Below, in pieces: positions 11,958 through 24,320 of a DNA stretch of 64,000 nucleotides (its first letter is position 1; each line of letters opens with the position of its first letter). The DNA comes from Felis catus. Taxonomy: Eukaryota. The position numbers and the translations under genes are program-made. The notes beneath the pieces are model-generated. The model made no database searches and was not told the DNA's origin. It saw only the letters and a list, made by a program, of their open reading frames with translations. The stretch is taken from the NCBI RefSeq assembly GCF_018350175.1, contig NC_058368.1:157730001-157794000 (forward strand), written 5' to 3'.

Positions 11958-12167
11958 GTTTTTTTTTTTTTTAACATTTATTTTAGTTTTGAGGGAGAGA
12001 GACAGAACATGAGTGGGGGAGGGGCAGAGAGAGAGTGAGACACAAAATCTGAAGCAGGCTCCAAACTGTCAGCACAGAGCCCTACGTGGGGCTCAAACCC
12101 ACAAAACGTGAGATTGTGGCCTGAGCTGAAGTTGGTTGCTTAACCAGCTGAGCCTCCCAGGTGGCCC
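11958..12167 (-). mobile_element. CanSINE
   Basis: Poly-T, GA tract, gaagcaggctcc...ctgtcagcacagagccc...cccaggtggcccc. Confidence 0.93.
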
Positions 12168-13739
12168 CTCTGCATCTTCTTCACACCCTTTTCTCTCAAA
12201 ATTATCTTGCTGTGAGAAACTTCAAGTTTCTGGGGGAAAAACTCTATTTTTTTCAGGAGAGTTTTGAGACATCTCTGACAAGAAAAAAAGTGGCTTTTTA
12301 ATCAGAATATACATTTGCAAATCTACAAATATTAGTTTTTCTTTTGTTTGGGTCACAGGTTGTTCTTTTCTACTCTTTCTTCTTTTTGCCGAAACCAATG
12401 CCTTGGGTGTAAGTAAGGCTTTCAAGACGTTTTATGTTCCTTAGTGAGATGCTTTGGAGTTAATATATACCCCTTATGTGACAGGCCTGGTTACAAGAGA
12501 AATCATTATAATTTTTCTGTGTCTGGGGCCTGACTCTTGCTTGTTGTCTTAATGTTTCCGAAGCTCTAATCTGAAATACACTGATATACTTATTTGGTAC
12601 GTAGAGTCCTCTGTGCTTTGCTCCTTGTAGTATCTTATCTTTCATCCACTTGTCTAGAAAAGTTACTATGGAGTCCAGTGGGTGTGCTTCAAGCTTTCTC
12701 ATAAAAACTCACTGTTTGGAGTTTTACTCTGAGGGGGACATCTTTTCCTTCCATTTGCAAGATTAGGGATAACCAGGTTGGCGAGAAAACTGTAGTTTTA
12801 TTTCTGTTTGTTCTTTCCACAAAACTCTAGAAATTCTTCCTTTTTACAGTTTTTCAAATTTAAGAGTAACTGTTTCTCTATTGAACATTTTCATCATTTA
12901 CTTTTCTTCTAATTGCCTTGTTCTGTCCTTCTCTTCTTTTCTCCCCTTTCCTTCAAAACATGCATTGGCATTGCTTTGTGTCAAACAGTATATGATTTTA
13001 AATATAGCCAAATGTTTAATAGTTAGGTTGAATAGCTTCAGATACCATCTTTCATCTGTGTTGCTGAATGAAGCTTTAACAGAGCTGTTTATAAATGTTC
13101 TGCTAGCTTTTCTCTTTTCTGGCTTTTTCTTTCTAGAGTTACCCAGTTGGATTTGTATATATTTATTATATCTTCCAACTCTTGCTGACTGGACTTCTGG
13201 TTTCAGATGCTACCCATGGTTATTGATGTCATGGTTATTGATTGAAATTATTGTTTTTGGTTCTCCTGTGTATGTTTTGATACTCATATATACTGGACTT
13301 CATTTTATTTTCAAAAATGCTGTTTCTCTGAATTTGTCACAATTTGCATCCTTTGCCCAACTTCTAGAAAATTAACAGTTGCACACATATGGAGGCAAAT
13401 GCAGACTTACTGGGTTCATTTCCCTTATGTAGGTCACTGATAAAAATAAATAACTTGGTGCTTTTTCTCTTGATGCAGAAAATAGGTTACTGTGGTCCCA
13501 TGGAGAATATCTTCTCATTTTACTGTGTTACACTGTTGCTTCTAGAAAGTGATCATGTCAATCCTTTCTGAAGCTCTGATATTAATTTTTTTTTGAATAC
13601 AGTGCAGCTAAGTCAACATAGGACAATTATGTTTGAAGTTTTATTTTATTTTAATTTTACTATCTGTATGTATGAGGAGTAATAAGAGAATAAGTCTAAA
13701 GCAGAACTTCACTGTCCTGTGGTAACTCAGCCAGGTGTG

Positions 13740-14730
13740 TTGTCTTCCAAAAATATTTAAACATAGAGACACATGTAGAGGGTTTTACTTTCCTACTAGG
13801 TATATTATTCTGTAATTTTCTTTTACCACTTAAAATTACATCATAGCATCTCTCTGGTTAATAGGTATATGTCATATTCTTTAGTAGCTGTATAATAGTA
13901 TGGATATATTATAGTTTATTTAATAATTATCTTTATTATAGACATTAAATTTGCTTTTAATTTTTTTAACCACTAAAAATACTGCTTTACATTATTGTAA
14001 TTTTACAGTGAGACCTCTTTTGAATATATCCATTCATTCTGGTGCTTTTAATGCTGTAGGATAGATTCCCCAAAGATAATTGCTGGGTCAAGATGTATAT
14101 GCATTTCTTATTTGCAATGGATATCACCACGTTACTTTGTGAAAGGTTCTAGCAATCATGCTTCCATCAGCAATATGTCCATTTTCCTACATCTTTCTAA
14201 ACACTGGATATTTTTACTTAAAATTTTTTTTTAATATTTATCTATTTTTCAGAGAGAGACAGAGAAAGACAGAGGCTGAGGAGGGGAAGGCAGAGAGAGA
14301 GGGAGACACAGAATCCAAAGCAGGCTCCAGGCTCAGAGCTATCAGCACAGAGCTGGACGCAGTGCTCGAAGCCATGAACCGTGAGATCATGACCTGAGTC
14401 AGTCAGATGCTTAACTGACTGAGCCACCCAGGTACCCCAAGGATGTTTTTACGTTTTTAAATGTAGGCTAAACTGATGTTTAAAAAAGAGTATCATGTTT
14501 TAATTTCTATACCTTTTGCCCACTGATGGGGTCAATGCGGTTGGGCTTTTTTTGTTTTCTGTTTTTGTTTTTGTTTTTGTTTTTGTTTTTTTGGTTGGTT
14601 GTTTAAATTTTATAGCCATTTGGATTTTTCTCCTGCTCATAGCCTTTGCTTATTCTTATTTTGAGTTGTTTTCTTCTTTTCAATTTATAGTTCTTTATCT
14701 TTTAGAACTAGCAATTTTATATTTGTATTT
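13740..14730 (-). mobile_element. Old L1 (L1ME-like) 3' region, split by a SINE
   Basis: ttctttagtagctgtataatagtatggatat..., gtaggatagattccccaaagataattgctgggtcaag..., agtatcatgttttaatt. Confidence 0.65.
14216..14438 (-). mobile_element. Feliform CanSINE
   Basis: SINE body ending gagccacccaggtacccc; imperfect TSD ggatatttttac/ggatgtttttac. Confidence 0.93.
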
Positions 14731-14732
14731 TT

Positions 14733-15225
14733 AAATAAACTTTTAATTTTAGAATGGTTTTAGATTTACAGAATAATTATGAAGATAGTATGGAAAGTTC
14801 CCATATGACCTGCATCCTCCCTGCCCCATTTCCCTTGTTATTAACATCTTGCATTAGTATGGTGTATCTGTTACAATTAATGAACTAACATTGATACATT
14901 GTTATTAACTAAAGCCCATACTTTAGTCAGATATTCTTAGTTGTTTTTTCTAATGTCCTATTTCTATTACAGTATACCACCCAGGATACCATATTACATT
15001 TAATTGTCATGTCTCTTTAGGCTTCTCTGTGCTATGAAAGTTTCTCAGACTTTCCTAGTTTTTTATGACCTGGACAATTTTGAGGGGGCATTCTCATCTT
15101 ATTCTGGATTTAAGGGAGAAAAAATCCATTATCTTTTCAGTAAGTATGATGTTAGCTGTAGTTATTTCGTAGAGGTTATTTATCAGTTTGAGGAATTTCC
15201 CTTCTATCTCTAGTTTTCTGCTTGT
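14733..15225 (-). mobile_element. L1MC/L1MD-like 3' end followed by an L1 ORF2 fragment
   Basis: ttttagaatggttttagatttacagaa...ttacaattaatgaactaacattgatacattgttattaactaaag; the 15090-15225 part translates to KLEIEGKFLKLINNLYEITTANIIL. Confidence 0.75.
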
Positions 15226-15312
15226 TACAGATTTTGCAGATCTCCCCATTCTATAATTTATCTTTATATTTTGTTCTCTTTTCATAAACATCTTACACTT
15301 GTTTCCCAATAC

Positions 15313-15522
15313 TTTTTTTGAGAGAGAGGTGGGGGGGAGACAGAGAGAGAGACAGAGCATGTGAGAGTGGGGAGGGGCAGAGGGAGAATGAGAGAGAATC
15401 TTAAGCAGGCTTCACACCCAGCACAGAGCCTGACATGGGGCTTGATCTCATGACTGTAAAATCATGACCTACACTGAAATCAAGAGTTGGACACTTAAAT
15501 GACTGAGCCACCCAGGCGCCCC
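15313..15522 (-). mobile_element. CanSINE
   Basis: gaatcttaagcaggct...tcaagagttggacacttaaatgactgagccacccaggcgcccc; flanked by tcccaa on both sides. Confidence 0.93.
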
Positions 15523-15649
15523 TCCCAACATTTTCCTAGATTATATGATCTAGGAAATCTAGGATTATATATAATCTAGATAAACCTTGAGCTGCTTTGT
15601 ATCACTCACTTCTCCCATTCTTCGTTTATTTTTCTCTCCAATGTGTAAG

Positions 15650-15850
15650 ACTTCCAAGCAGTCAAACATATAGACTTAGGATTTTTCTGGGTTCAATTTC
15701 TAGGGATTACTTCTTCCTAGTTTTTTGATCTTGGAAAAGTTCTTTTACCTCTCTGAGTCTCAATTTGCTTCTCTGAAAAAGTTGGTGTATTATTCCTTTC
15801 TCAAAGGATCTTTGTGACATATTTATAAGTGCTGAACAAGTGGTTGTTAT
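15650..15850 (+). mobile_element. MIR fragment
   Basis: ctgggttcaatt...tgatcttggaaaagttcttttacctctctgagtctcaattt core. Confidence 0.65.
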
Positions 15851-16756
15851 TTATCTTTTATGGAGAAAGTTACTGTATTTTTTCATTCTGGAAAGCATTA
15901 GAATTACACTCTCTAGCTGTGTGACATATTTGGGGAACAAAAGTGACCAGAATATATTTCCATTTATGCAACTTTTTTATTCTGTGAGCAAAGAAATATC
16001 TTGGTCATAGCTTTGACCCAACCATGTTATAGCACTGTTATAAATAAGTAATCTGTTTTTAACTATTAGCCTTGACCTGTATAATAAAAGTGTTGTTAAA
16101 TTTTGTTGCAGGGAAACTTGATGGAGACAAACTTTCACATACATGAATAAAATATTATGGCTATAACTTGGAAGGTTGAGTGCTTAAATGCTTCACAGCA
16201 ATTATAAGTCAACCCAAGGAATGTTATTAAATTACTAGTATATAAATTCTTAGTATACTATTATTTAATTATGACACTCAGATGGGATTTGTATGTCCTA
16301 TACACACAGTTGTCAGAGATCAGAGGTTGATGACTGCTGTCCTTTGTCCCAGTAATTATTTTGTATTTCTCAGATTTACATCACAAATTAGGAAGAACTT
16401 GGCTAGAAATAGCTAAGGTTCTGCTGAGAAGAGGATTTAACTGGGAATGTGCTCTTGGAATTTCTGAATTTGAAGAAGTATGATTGCTGAAAGCATACCA
16501 AGTGTTTAAAAGGTAATATTTGCCAACCATATAAAACCAGAATTAGTCGTGGGCTAGAAATTGAGCTATTTGTATGGTGGGAGACCGTTGTTTCCCTTGC
16601 TTTGAGTTGCTTATCCTTTTTTGATTTCTCCAGATATAAAACAGTAATCATATTTTCCATTGTTTAGCTCATGGAATGTTAGAACAGAATAGGATAATGT
16701 GGGCCTAAGATTCTTCACTTGTTTTCCATTACTTGTAGGCTGAAATCCAAATTCCT

Positions 16757-17017
16757 TAGCAATATCATAGTGGTTGAAAACATAGGTTTTGGAATTAGAT
16801 ACAGGTTGTGAGCCCAGATTCTGACTCTGCCATATACAGCCATGTTCTTGGGCAGTTTACTTGAGCTTTCTAAGTTTCAGTTTCCTCGTCTATGAAATGG
16901 AGATAATAATAGTTCCTTCCTCATCGAGGTTGGTATGAGAGTTAACCTAGGTAGTATAAGCACAATACAAGCACAGGGTTTGGTGCATTTTATGTGTTCA
17001 GTAAATGGTAGCTGCTG
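16757..17017 (+). mobile_element. Near full-length MIR
   Basis: atagtggttgaaaacatagg...ttgggcagtttacttgagctttctaagtttcagtttcctcgtctatgaaatggagataataatag...cagtaaatggtagctg. Confidence 0.88.
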
Positions 17018-17379
17018 GTATCCACGTCTCCATGGCATATAAGGCCTTTGCTACCTGGTCTTTTTCACTTCATCTGCCATCATTAACTCCCTAAATTCAT
17101 CCCATTTATCCTGAATACACTCCTTTATTACAACACACCTTACTTCCTGACTTTTCTCCGCTGTGTCTTTTTGATGTCAGAAATGTTGTCTTATTCATAG
17201 GTGGATTTTCCTTAGTTAGCACATAGTGGAACTATAGCCAGTTAACTCAAGAAAATTGTGTAGAATTAAACTAATGTTGGGATCGTCATAAATAAATAAG
17301 GATTGGTCAAATAAGTATATAGTGAGTACATTAAAAAATAAAATAAATAAAAATCCCTGTGTATGTAAGATATCTGAAC

Positions 17380-17560
17380 CAGTGGTCATTGGCCAAACTA
17401 AGTATAGACCTATTTTGTTAAAATAAGTCAGGAAAATTTATAACAAAAGTTTTAATTTCTGGCTTCTCTTGAAAAGTTTGGAGATCTAGCAACTGAACCT
17501 CCCTTGCTGCATAGAAATGGTTGGAATTCTTCAATTAGACCCATTCTCCATTCAAATAAC
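17380..17560. mobile_element. hAT-Charlie-type MER fragment (MER102-like)
   Basis: ttctggcttctcttgaaaagtttggagatctagcaac motif recalled from this family. Confidence 0.4.
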
Positions 17561-19315
17561 ATAGATGCATCACAATAGTGTCTCTATGTGTCTACCAGTA
17601 TAAAGTTCATCTTTTCCTCCAGAAAACACGATTTGATTAATGCAGAATAGGAAGAGTACTGCCCTTTATCCATTCCCAGGTAGGTAGAGTTAGCTGATCT
17701 ACCTGAAGAAGCAATGGCAGCTACCCATCCCACACCCCAGAAAGCCTAATCAAATGCTCTTAAAAATGTTTGATCTTGTTAAGCTTATATCGCCATAGCT
17801 ATGTATAGTCTTGCTGATTTTGGTATTGTTGATTTATTCTGTGCCCTCCTGAGAAGCCCTACAGTTTGTGAGGATGAATTTGAGTTATTAATAGAGATAG
17901 TGGCTTATAATAGATGAGTTTTGTCTCTTACAGCCCCATGACCCAAGTACATGTGGTTTTGGCCACATTGAGACAGGGCCAAGGGACTATGTGTAGTCAT
18001 GTTAGGAGGCTGCGTAGGGGAGTATTTGATGTAGGCATCAGGCCAGTTTACATGCTGATTTTTTTTGGGGGGGGTGTACATTCAACTTTTGACAACTTGA
18101 GTAACTGTTTGTCACCTCTGTGACTATAGGTACATCCCATACATTCCCATGCTTAGGAGAATACCCATAAAGAACAAAGGGAAATGATTTAGCAATGATC
18201 TAGTTAATTTGGTAAATGTAAACACCCAATTGGCTATATCATATTATGTTTTGAAACTTGAATTGTGCACTACACTGACTAAATTGAGCATAAAATTGCC
18301 AGATCAGTTTACTCCATGTTTTACAGATACAGAATAAAAGCCAGATTAAGCAAAGAGATAGTATTTTCCTTTGAGCAGAGTGTGGGAATTTGAGTTTCTT
18401 ATCAGACTTTGAAAACTGTGAATGTTAAATTATACTAGGATGGCACTTCCTGTTTTTACTTGTTGTTGAATTTTTCTTCTTCTGAAGCCCACAGTGAGCT
18501 TTTGACTGTATATCCTTTAATGCACTGATGTGAGCAGAGATGGGGTAGAGTTGCAGCCAGAAAAAGATTTAAAAATTTACTCAAGAAAATTTTGTATCAT
18601 TCAGCAGCTCAGGTACAGGAATAAACATGACTTGTCTGAGATTTGGCAACCTCACATTCCTCTTTCAAAATGAAGCACATCCAAAACACCTTCATGAGGT
18701 GCATACTAATTGGCTCTTGCTGCTTGCTAGTTATTGTGTTATTACCTAATCCAATCCAATCAGACATTCAAAAGGGTATCTATTTCTAATAGTGTGATCT
18801 AGTTGGATTAAGTACAGACCCTGACATTTGGCACTCTGGTGCCACTGACTTACTTGTCAGACTCTTTGAAATATCAGTCAACATGACAGTGTCTGAGTTT
18901 CCATAAAGGACATTATGTTATCTGCCCCTGTGTCCAAATAAAGGTATTATAATGACTTAAAGGTAAATTGCTGTAAATGAAAATAATACAATTCAGTGAA
19001 TATGCTAGGAAATCATTGGATGGATACATAGGCAATACATGTAAGAGAATAACAGAGTGACTCCATTTTCATCCTTGTTCTCCCAGGGACTGGTAGAGTG
19101 CCAAGCTGCCTATTTCCCTCATGATTGCTGAAGGATGAGTTTATCCATCAGCAGTAGTGCTTTGGTAACTACTTACTCTAACAAGGTTAAGTTACTTCAA
19201 CTCTGCAGATCTCAGACTTTTCTATCTATAAAATGATTGGGATTAGCTTGTAAAAAACATTTTCTTACAGGTCCAAAATTTGACTCTTTGATTTGATGTA
19301 TTGTAAAACATGGCA

Positions 19316-19470
19316 AATATAAATATAAATATAAATATAAATATAAATATAAATGTATAATGTTATATATATAAATAAATGTTTATATTTATAAATATAA
19401 ATAAATGTTTATGTTTATAAATATAAATATTTATATTTAAATATATATAAAGAAATGTTTATTTATATAC
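19316..19470. repeat. AT-rich low-complexity tract, (AAATAT)n and variants
   Basis: Direct reading. Confidence 0.9.
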
Positions 19471-19582
19471 ATATGCTTGATAGGATGGTCTTTGAGGATT
19501 AGAATAAGAAAATGAGCAATGACTTAAATAATAAACTTATATAAAATTAAATAATGAAAAGAAATTTATAAAAAAGATAAAT

Positions 19583-19805
19583 GGGGCGCCTGGGTGGCTC
19601 AGTCGGTTAAGCGGCCGACTTCGGCTCGGGTCACGATCTCGCGGTCCGTGAGTTCGAGCCCCGCGTCGGGCTCTGTGCTGACAGCTCAGAGCCTGGAGCC
19701 TGCTTCTGTTTCTGTGTCTCCCTCTCTCTGACCCTCCCCTGTTCATGCTCTGTCTCTCTCTGTCTCAAAAATAAATAAACGTTAAAAAAAAATTTAAAAA
19801 AAAAG
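19583..19805 (+). mobile_element. Young felid CanSINE (SINEC_Fc group)
   Basis: ggggcgcctgggtggctcagtcggttaag..., CpGs intact, TSD aaaaaagataaat. Confidence 0.97.
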
Positions 19806-19950
19806 ATAAATAGATGTTTTAATGGCTGATAAACAACAACCATGACTGTTAGCATATGACTATTGTCCTAAGTGAAAATCTGTCCCTTTTGTGGTGTGGA
19901 GTGTGGAAATTTTAATGTTTGAAAGTTACCGTCAAGAATTTTCGTGTATC

Positions 19951-20167
19951 GGGGTGCCTGGGTAGCTCAGGTGCTTAAGCGTCCAACTCTTGGTTTTGGC
20001 TCAGGTCATGATCTCACAGTTTTGTGAGTTCAAGCCCTGCGTCTGGTTCTGCACTGGCAGTGCAAAGCCTGCTTGGAATTCTCTCTCCCTCTCTCTCTGC
20101 CCCTCCCCTGCTCACACTGTCTGTGTCTCTCTCAAAATATATAAATAAACTAAAAAAAAAAAAAAAG
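19951..20167 (+). mobile_element. CanSINE
   Basis: ggggtgcctgggtagctcag...poly-A; TSD aagaatttt(cg/ga)tgtat. Confidence 0.95.
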
Positions 20168-21397
20168 AATTTTGATGTATTAAAAGTTCCAGGTTGAGAG
20201 AGGCTTCTGTACATATAGAATTGATTTCCTCTTAATTCCAGGTGACCCTTTTATTATGAAATGACTACCAAATCCTTTCTCTTAAAGATGTTAGGGACTG
20301 GCCTGGAAGGAGTGTGAGAACTTTCCTTCCTTTAGTTCCTTTTAAGGTGCTGAAAGCCTTGCTCCTCTGCTGAGGTCTGACTTGCCTTGGGAGCTCAAAG
20401 CTGCAGGGCCTGTTTAGCTGCTGTGTTTTACATGTGCTGACCAAGGTTTATATCCCAATTGCTTATGTATAAGAACGCTGAAGTTGAGAAAGCACCTTTG
20501 AAAAATTCAGTGATATCTGTTCCTAGAGGGATTTATATTTGGTTCTTTTTCCTATCACTCCTTCCTCTTCACTTTGTTCTCTTTTGTTTCTTCCTTTGCG
20601 TGACTCTCATTCATTTATTTATTCATAAACACATATACCAAACATGGTGTTGGATCATGAGAATAGAGAGCTAATATACGTTACTTACTGTCTAGGAGCT
20701 TACTGCCCAGCATCATGTTTTTGGGTGCAATTTCTTTGCAAGTTTGGTCCTTTGCTATTTATAGCTTCTGGGAATGTACTTACATTTTGAATGCTTAGTT
20801 TTTGACTCTTAGCCTTATATAATTCATTCCTAAATTCTGTTATGTATGTGTAATAGTCAGCCCGTTGAAGGAAGCTGCTTTTAGCCATCATTTAGTGGAT
20901 ATGAACACTTAATATTAGTTTTCTTTCATTTTGCAAGTATCTCTTTCAATAAAAAATTTAAAACTAGGATTTTTGCAGCTATAAGCTTTCTGGTAACCAG
21001 GTTCTAATCTTATTTGATGACTATACTTGGGGGTGAATGTGGAAAGGAAAATTTTTATTTAGGTAGTAAAATCTGACTCCTCCCCCAACTATATTGAGAT
21101 CCTCTGATGAGGCTATAAACTTACTGATTCTATTTCCTTTTCTTTCTCCTTGATAGTTATGGATATGGGAGGCAAAAGACTCAGATCTCCGTTTGAAACT
21201 TCTTGGATAGCTAGTAGAGAAATCCTTGCAAGCTTTCAGAGTTGAGGATGGAGAAGCTGCCTATTATTGTAGCTAAGCCTAAGGAGAGGGAAATATTAGG
21301 AAAACACCATTGTAAGGAGCCAAGGAGTCAGTCTGTCTGAGACAGAAGAATTTTGGTTAATCAGACCTTATTGAAATTTGACTTAGATAGTGCTTTT

Positions 21398-21632
21398 ATT
21401 TTTTCTTTTTTTTTTTAATTTTTTTTTTCAACCTTTATTTATTTTTGGGACAGAGAGAGACAGAGCATGAACGGGGGAGGGGCAGAGAGAGAGGGAGACA
21501 CAGAATCGGAAACAGGCTCCCGGCTCTGAGCCATCAGCCCAGAGCCCGACGCGGGGCTCGAACTCACGGACCGCGAGATCGTGACCCGAGCCGAAGTCGG
21601 CCGCTTAACCGACTGCGCCACCCAGGCGCCCC
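21398..21632 (-). mobile_element. Very young SINEC_Fc-type CanSINE
   Basis: Intact CpGs, long T tail, perfect TSD tagatagtgctttt. Confidence 0.97.
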
Positions 21633-21669
21633 TAGATAGTGCTTTTCAAAAACAATGAAAGTGAATGTT

Positions 21670-22200
21670 TCGATTCTTTATTGCTTCTTAACTTCCCTCT
21701 TCCCCCAAAGTTGGTGGCTTTAAACAACAATCATTATATTATATCTCCTCATTCTCTGGGCTGAATGGGTTCAGCTGAGTCCTTTTGCTTCACATGAGGT
21801 CACTTGGGGATACGGCTATCTTGGAACTCACCTGGGCCAGAGCATGCAAGATGGCCAAGATGGTAGTGGACAGGTAATATTGGCCATCAGCAGGTAGCTC
21901 AGTGGGGCATTCTGGTGGTGGTGGGGGGGTCTTGATTCTCCTCAAGGCCTTCCTCGCTTCTCCTTATGGCTACTTAGGCTTCCCTGTAGCATGGCTGCTG
22001 GATTTCACAAGGCAGGAAGTGGAAGCTGCCAGTCCTCTTAAAGGCTAGCCTAAAAGGTGCACGACTTTACTTCCCCTGCATTCTATTGATCGGGAGCAGT
22101 CACAGGCCCCACTTCTATTCAAAGGGGGTGAGGAAAGAAGACTTCACTTCTCAGTGGAGGTAGTGACAAAGATGTTGCAGTTATCTTTAATCTGCTATAG
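21670..22200 (-). mobile_element. MLT1 (ERVL-MaLR) solo LTR
   Basis: cccaaagttggtggctttaaacaacaatcat...ggaagtggaagctgccagtcctcttaaaggctag...gcagttatctttaatctgctata. Confidence 0.82.
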
Positions 22201-22371
22201 TAAATCTGTTTATAGCTAATCAATATAAAAGCTGACATTTGAAAAAAAGACAGGGGCATAAAAAGGCCTGGGAAGTTCAAAATCTGCCCGAATGCATATT
22301 TTATAAAGGGGAAGAATAGCTGCATGTTGATCACATTCAGGTGGACTCAAGGAAAGGTTACCTTAGACCGT

Positions 22372-22562
22372 TCATTGTTTCTCAAACTTAAGTGTTCACC
22401 AGAATTACTAGGAGGGTATGTTAAAATATAGATTGCTGGGCCACACTCCCAGAATTTCTAATTAAACAGGCCTGGGGTGGGGCCAGGGGATTGACATTTC
22501 TAAGAAACTCCCAGATGATGCTGATGTTAATGGTCTTGGGAACCACACTTTGAGAACCACTG
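22372..22562. mobile_element. MER5A (hAT-Charlie MITE)
   Basis: Ends cattgtttctcaaact / tttgagaaccactg; internal cagattgctgggcc-like motif; candidate 8-bp TSD ccttagac on both sides. Confidence 0.9.
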
Positions 22563-22717
22563 CCTTAGACTGTGCAGGGCCAGAAAGAGTGAGGAAAAGA
22601 GGAAAAAAGAAGGAAATATATTATTTTCCCTCTAATAGTATTTTAAAAAGCCTAGTGTCAATAGTATAAATTTAAGTTTCAGGCCACCATGAACATATTA
22701 ACGTAGGGCCTTTATGT

Positions 22718-23082
22718 TTGTCAGGGTAATTCATCCTAGTGCTACAACATGAGCCCCTGAAATCTCATTAGCTTAACACAACAAAGGTTTATTCTTACTT
22801 ATGTCAAGTCCAATATGAGTCAGTAACGTTCCTCTGTAGGGGCTACAGCATCTGGAACATGTGCCTCTTTGCTGCTGATGCAGGGGAAGACAGAAGAGAA
22901 GAGATAAGCAAGCCACATCAGCTCTTAACTGCCCCAGCCTAGAAGTGACTCAGGTTCCCTTCTCTCAGAGTCCATTGGTCTGAACTAGTTGCATGACCCC
23001 CACCTAACTGCAAATTAGGCGGGGAAATGTAGGGTGGGGGGGGCACAGTTAGCTAGTAAGCCCTAACTATCTCCACTATGGC
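22718..23082 (-). mobile_element. MLT1 solo LTR
   Basis: cccctgaaatctcattagcttaacacaacaaaggtttattc...ccattggtctgaactagttgcatgacccccacctaactgcaa. Confidence 0.8.
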
Positions 23083-24194
23083 ACCCGACTAACTTTAGTG
23101 TCCATGTTCTGTGGTTAGGCAGAGCTGGACGTAGAAAGAATCCCATGAGCCCTCAAACCCATATGTACACCTCTGCTTATAGTTATTCAAACATTATTAT
23201 TCCTTTAAAAAATATTCATTCTCTTCTATGAGTAATTTTTTGTTTTATTCCTAATTGTCCATGTGGCATTAAACACAGTGTCTAATGATATCATTATCTC
23301 AAAAGAAAAATTTATTGTGAAAACTTCATCTCCTGTTACAAATAATTTGGTAAACCCTCGTTATTAGGCCATTTTAGTTGTTCTATTAAGGACTGATTAA
23401 GTAAGATGCCATCTCTTTTTCTTTGCCAATTTTGCCAAGCACATAATTCTTTCGGTAATTATTAAAGCAATTATTTATGGTGCTGGATTCCATTGGCAAT
23501 AAGTAGTATCAGGACTTTGAAAATCATCTTGTGGGCATTTTTGAAAATAAAGGAATGGAATTTATTTTTATCCCATCTGTACAAATCCCATTGTTAGCTG
23601 AGTATTAGGTAATATAGTAAAGAATATTGTCAGTGAGAAACAAAGCACAATTTAGGTTTTATTCTTCGGATTGTCTCTTACTGTTGTTGCCTACCTTTGT
23701 CTGGAATTCTTTTTTCGTGGTGCTCCCACAAAAACTGATAGTGGCGAACAGGATTCCCAGCCACACAGAGACTCTTTGGTCATGGGAAAGCAGTTCCTTT
23801 TTCCCTCTGCTGATGAGAAGACTTTATTTGGCAGATGAAACCTTTGGAACATGCTACACACCCAGTCTCACTAGCTTTGAGGCCAATTTCCATTTCAATT
23901 TTGTTCCTTAAATTCTACAGGTTTGATTAACATCTCTGATATGTTGAAACAATATGGCGAAGAGGTGTTTTTTTGCAGGAACGTGCTTGACTGGTAGCAG
24001 TCACCTGTCTTTTTTGGTAAACTAAAATTCTATATGTCATGATTATTAGAAAGCATCTGAGTTATGTACTTTGATGGCTTTGTTACATAGTCTCAGTTTA
24101 TACTTAGAATCTTTATAGGATTTCCCCCTGCACACACACAATTATTTAGTGGCTACAAGACCGGCAGCGCCTTTAAATTAACAAGTGACAGATC

Positions 24195-24320
24195 AGCATT
24201 ATTCTTCCCAATGAGCAGATGAAGAAACTGAGACAATTTTGTGACTAGTCCAAAGCGTCCTGGTGAGTCAGAGGCAGAGTTAGGATTAAATTTTAGTTTA
24301 AATGCTCAGGCCAAAGCAGC
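24195..24320 (-). mobile_element. MIR fragment
   Basis: cagatgaagaaactgagac...gtgactagtccaaag...ggcagagttaggatt. Confidence 0.7.

Noticed and set aside
12881..13375. 164-aa hydrophobic, membrane-protein-like ORF
   Set aside because: Non-ATG start; hydrophobicity reflects T-rich DNA; no family motif.
19583..19660. tRNA-like A/B boxes and CpG-rich patches
   Set aside because: These are the tRNA-derived heads of CanSINEs, not tRNA genes or CpG islands.
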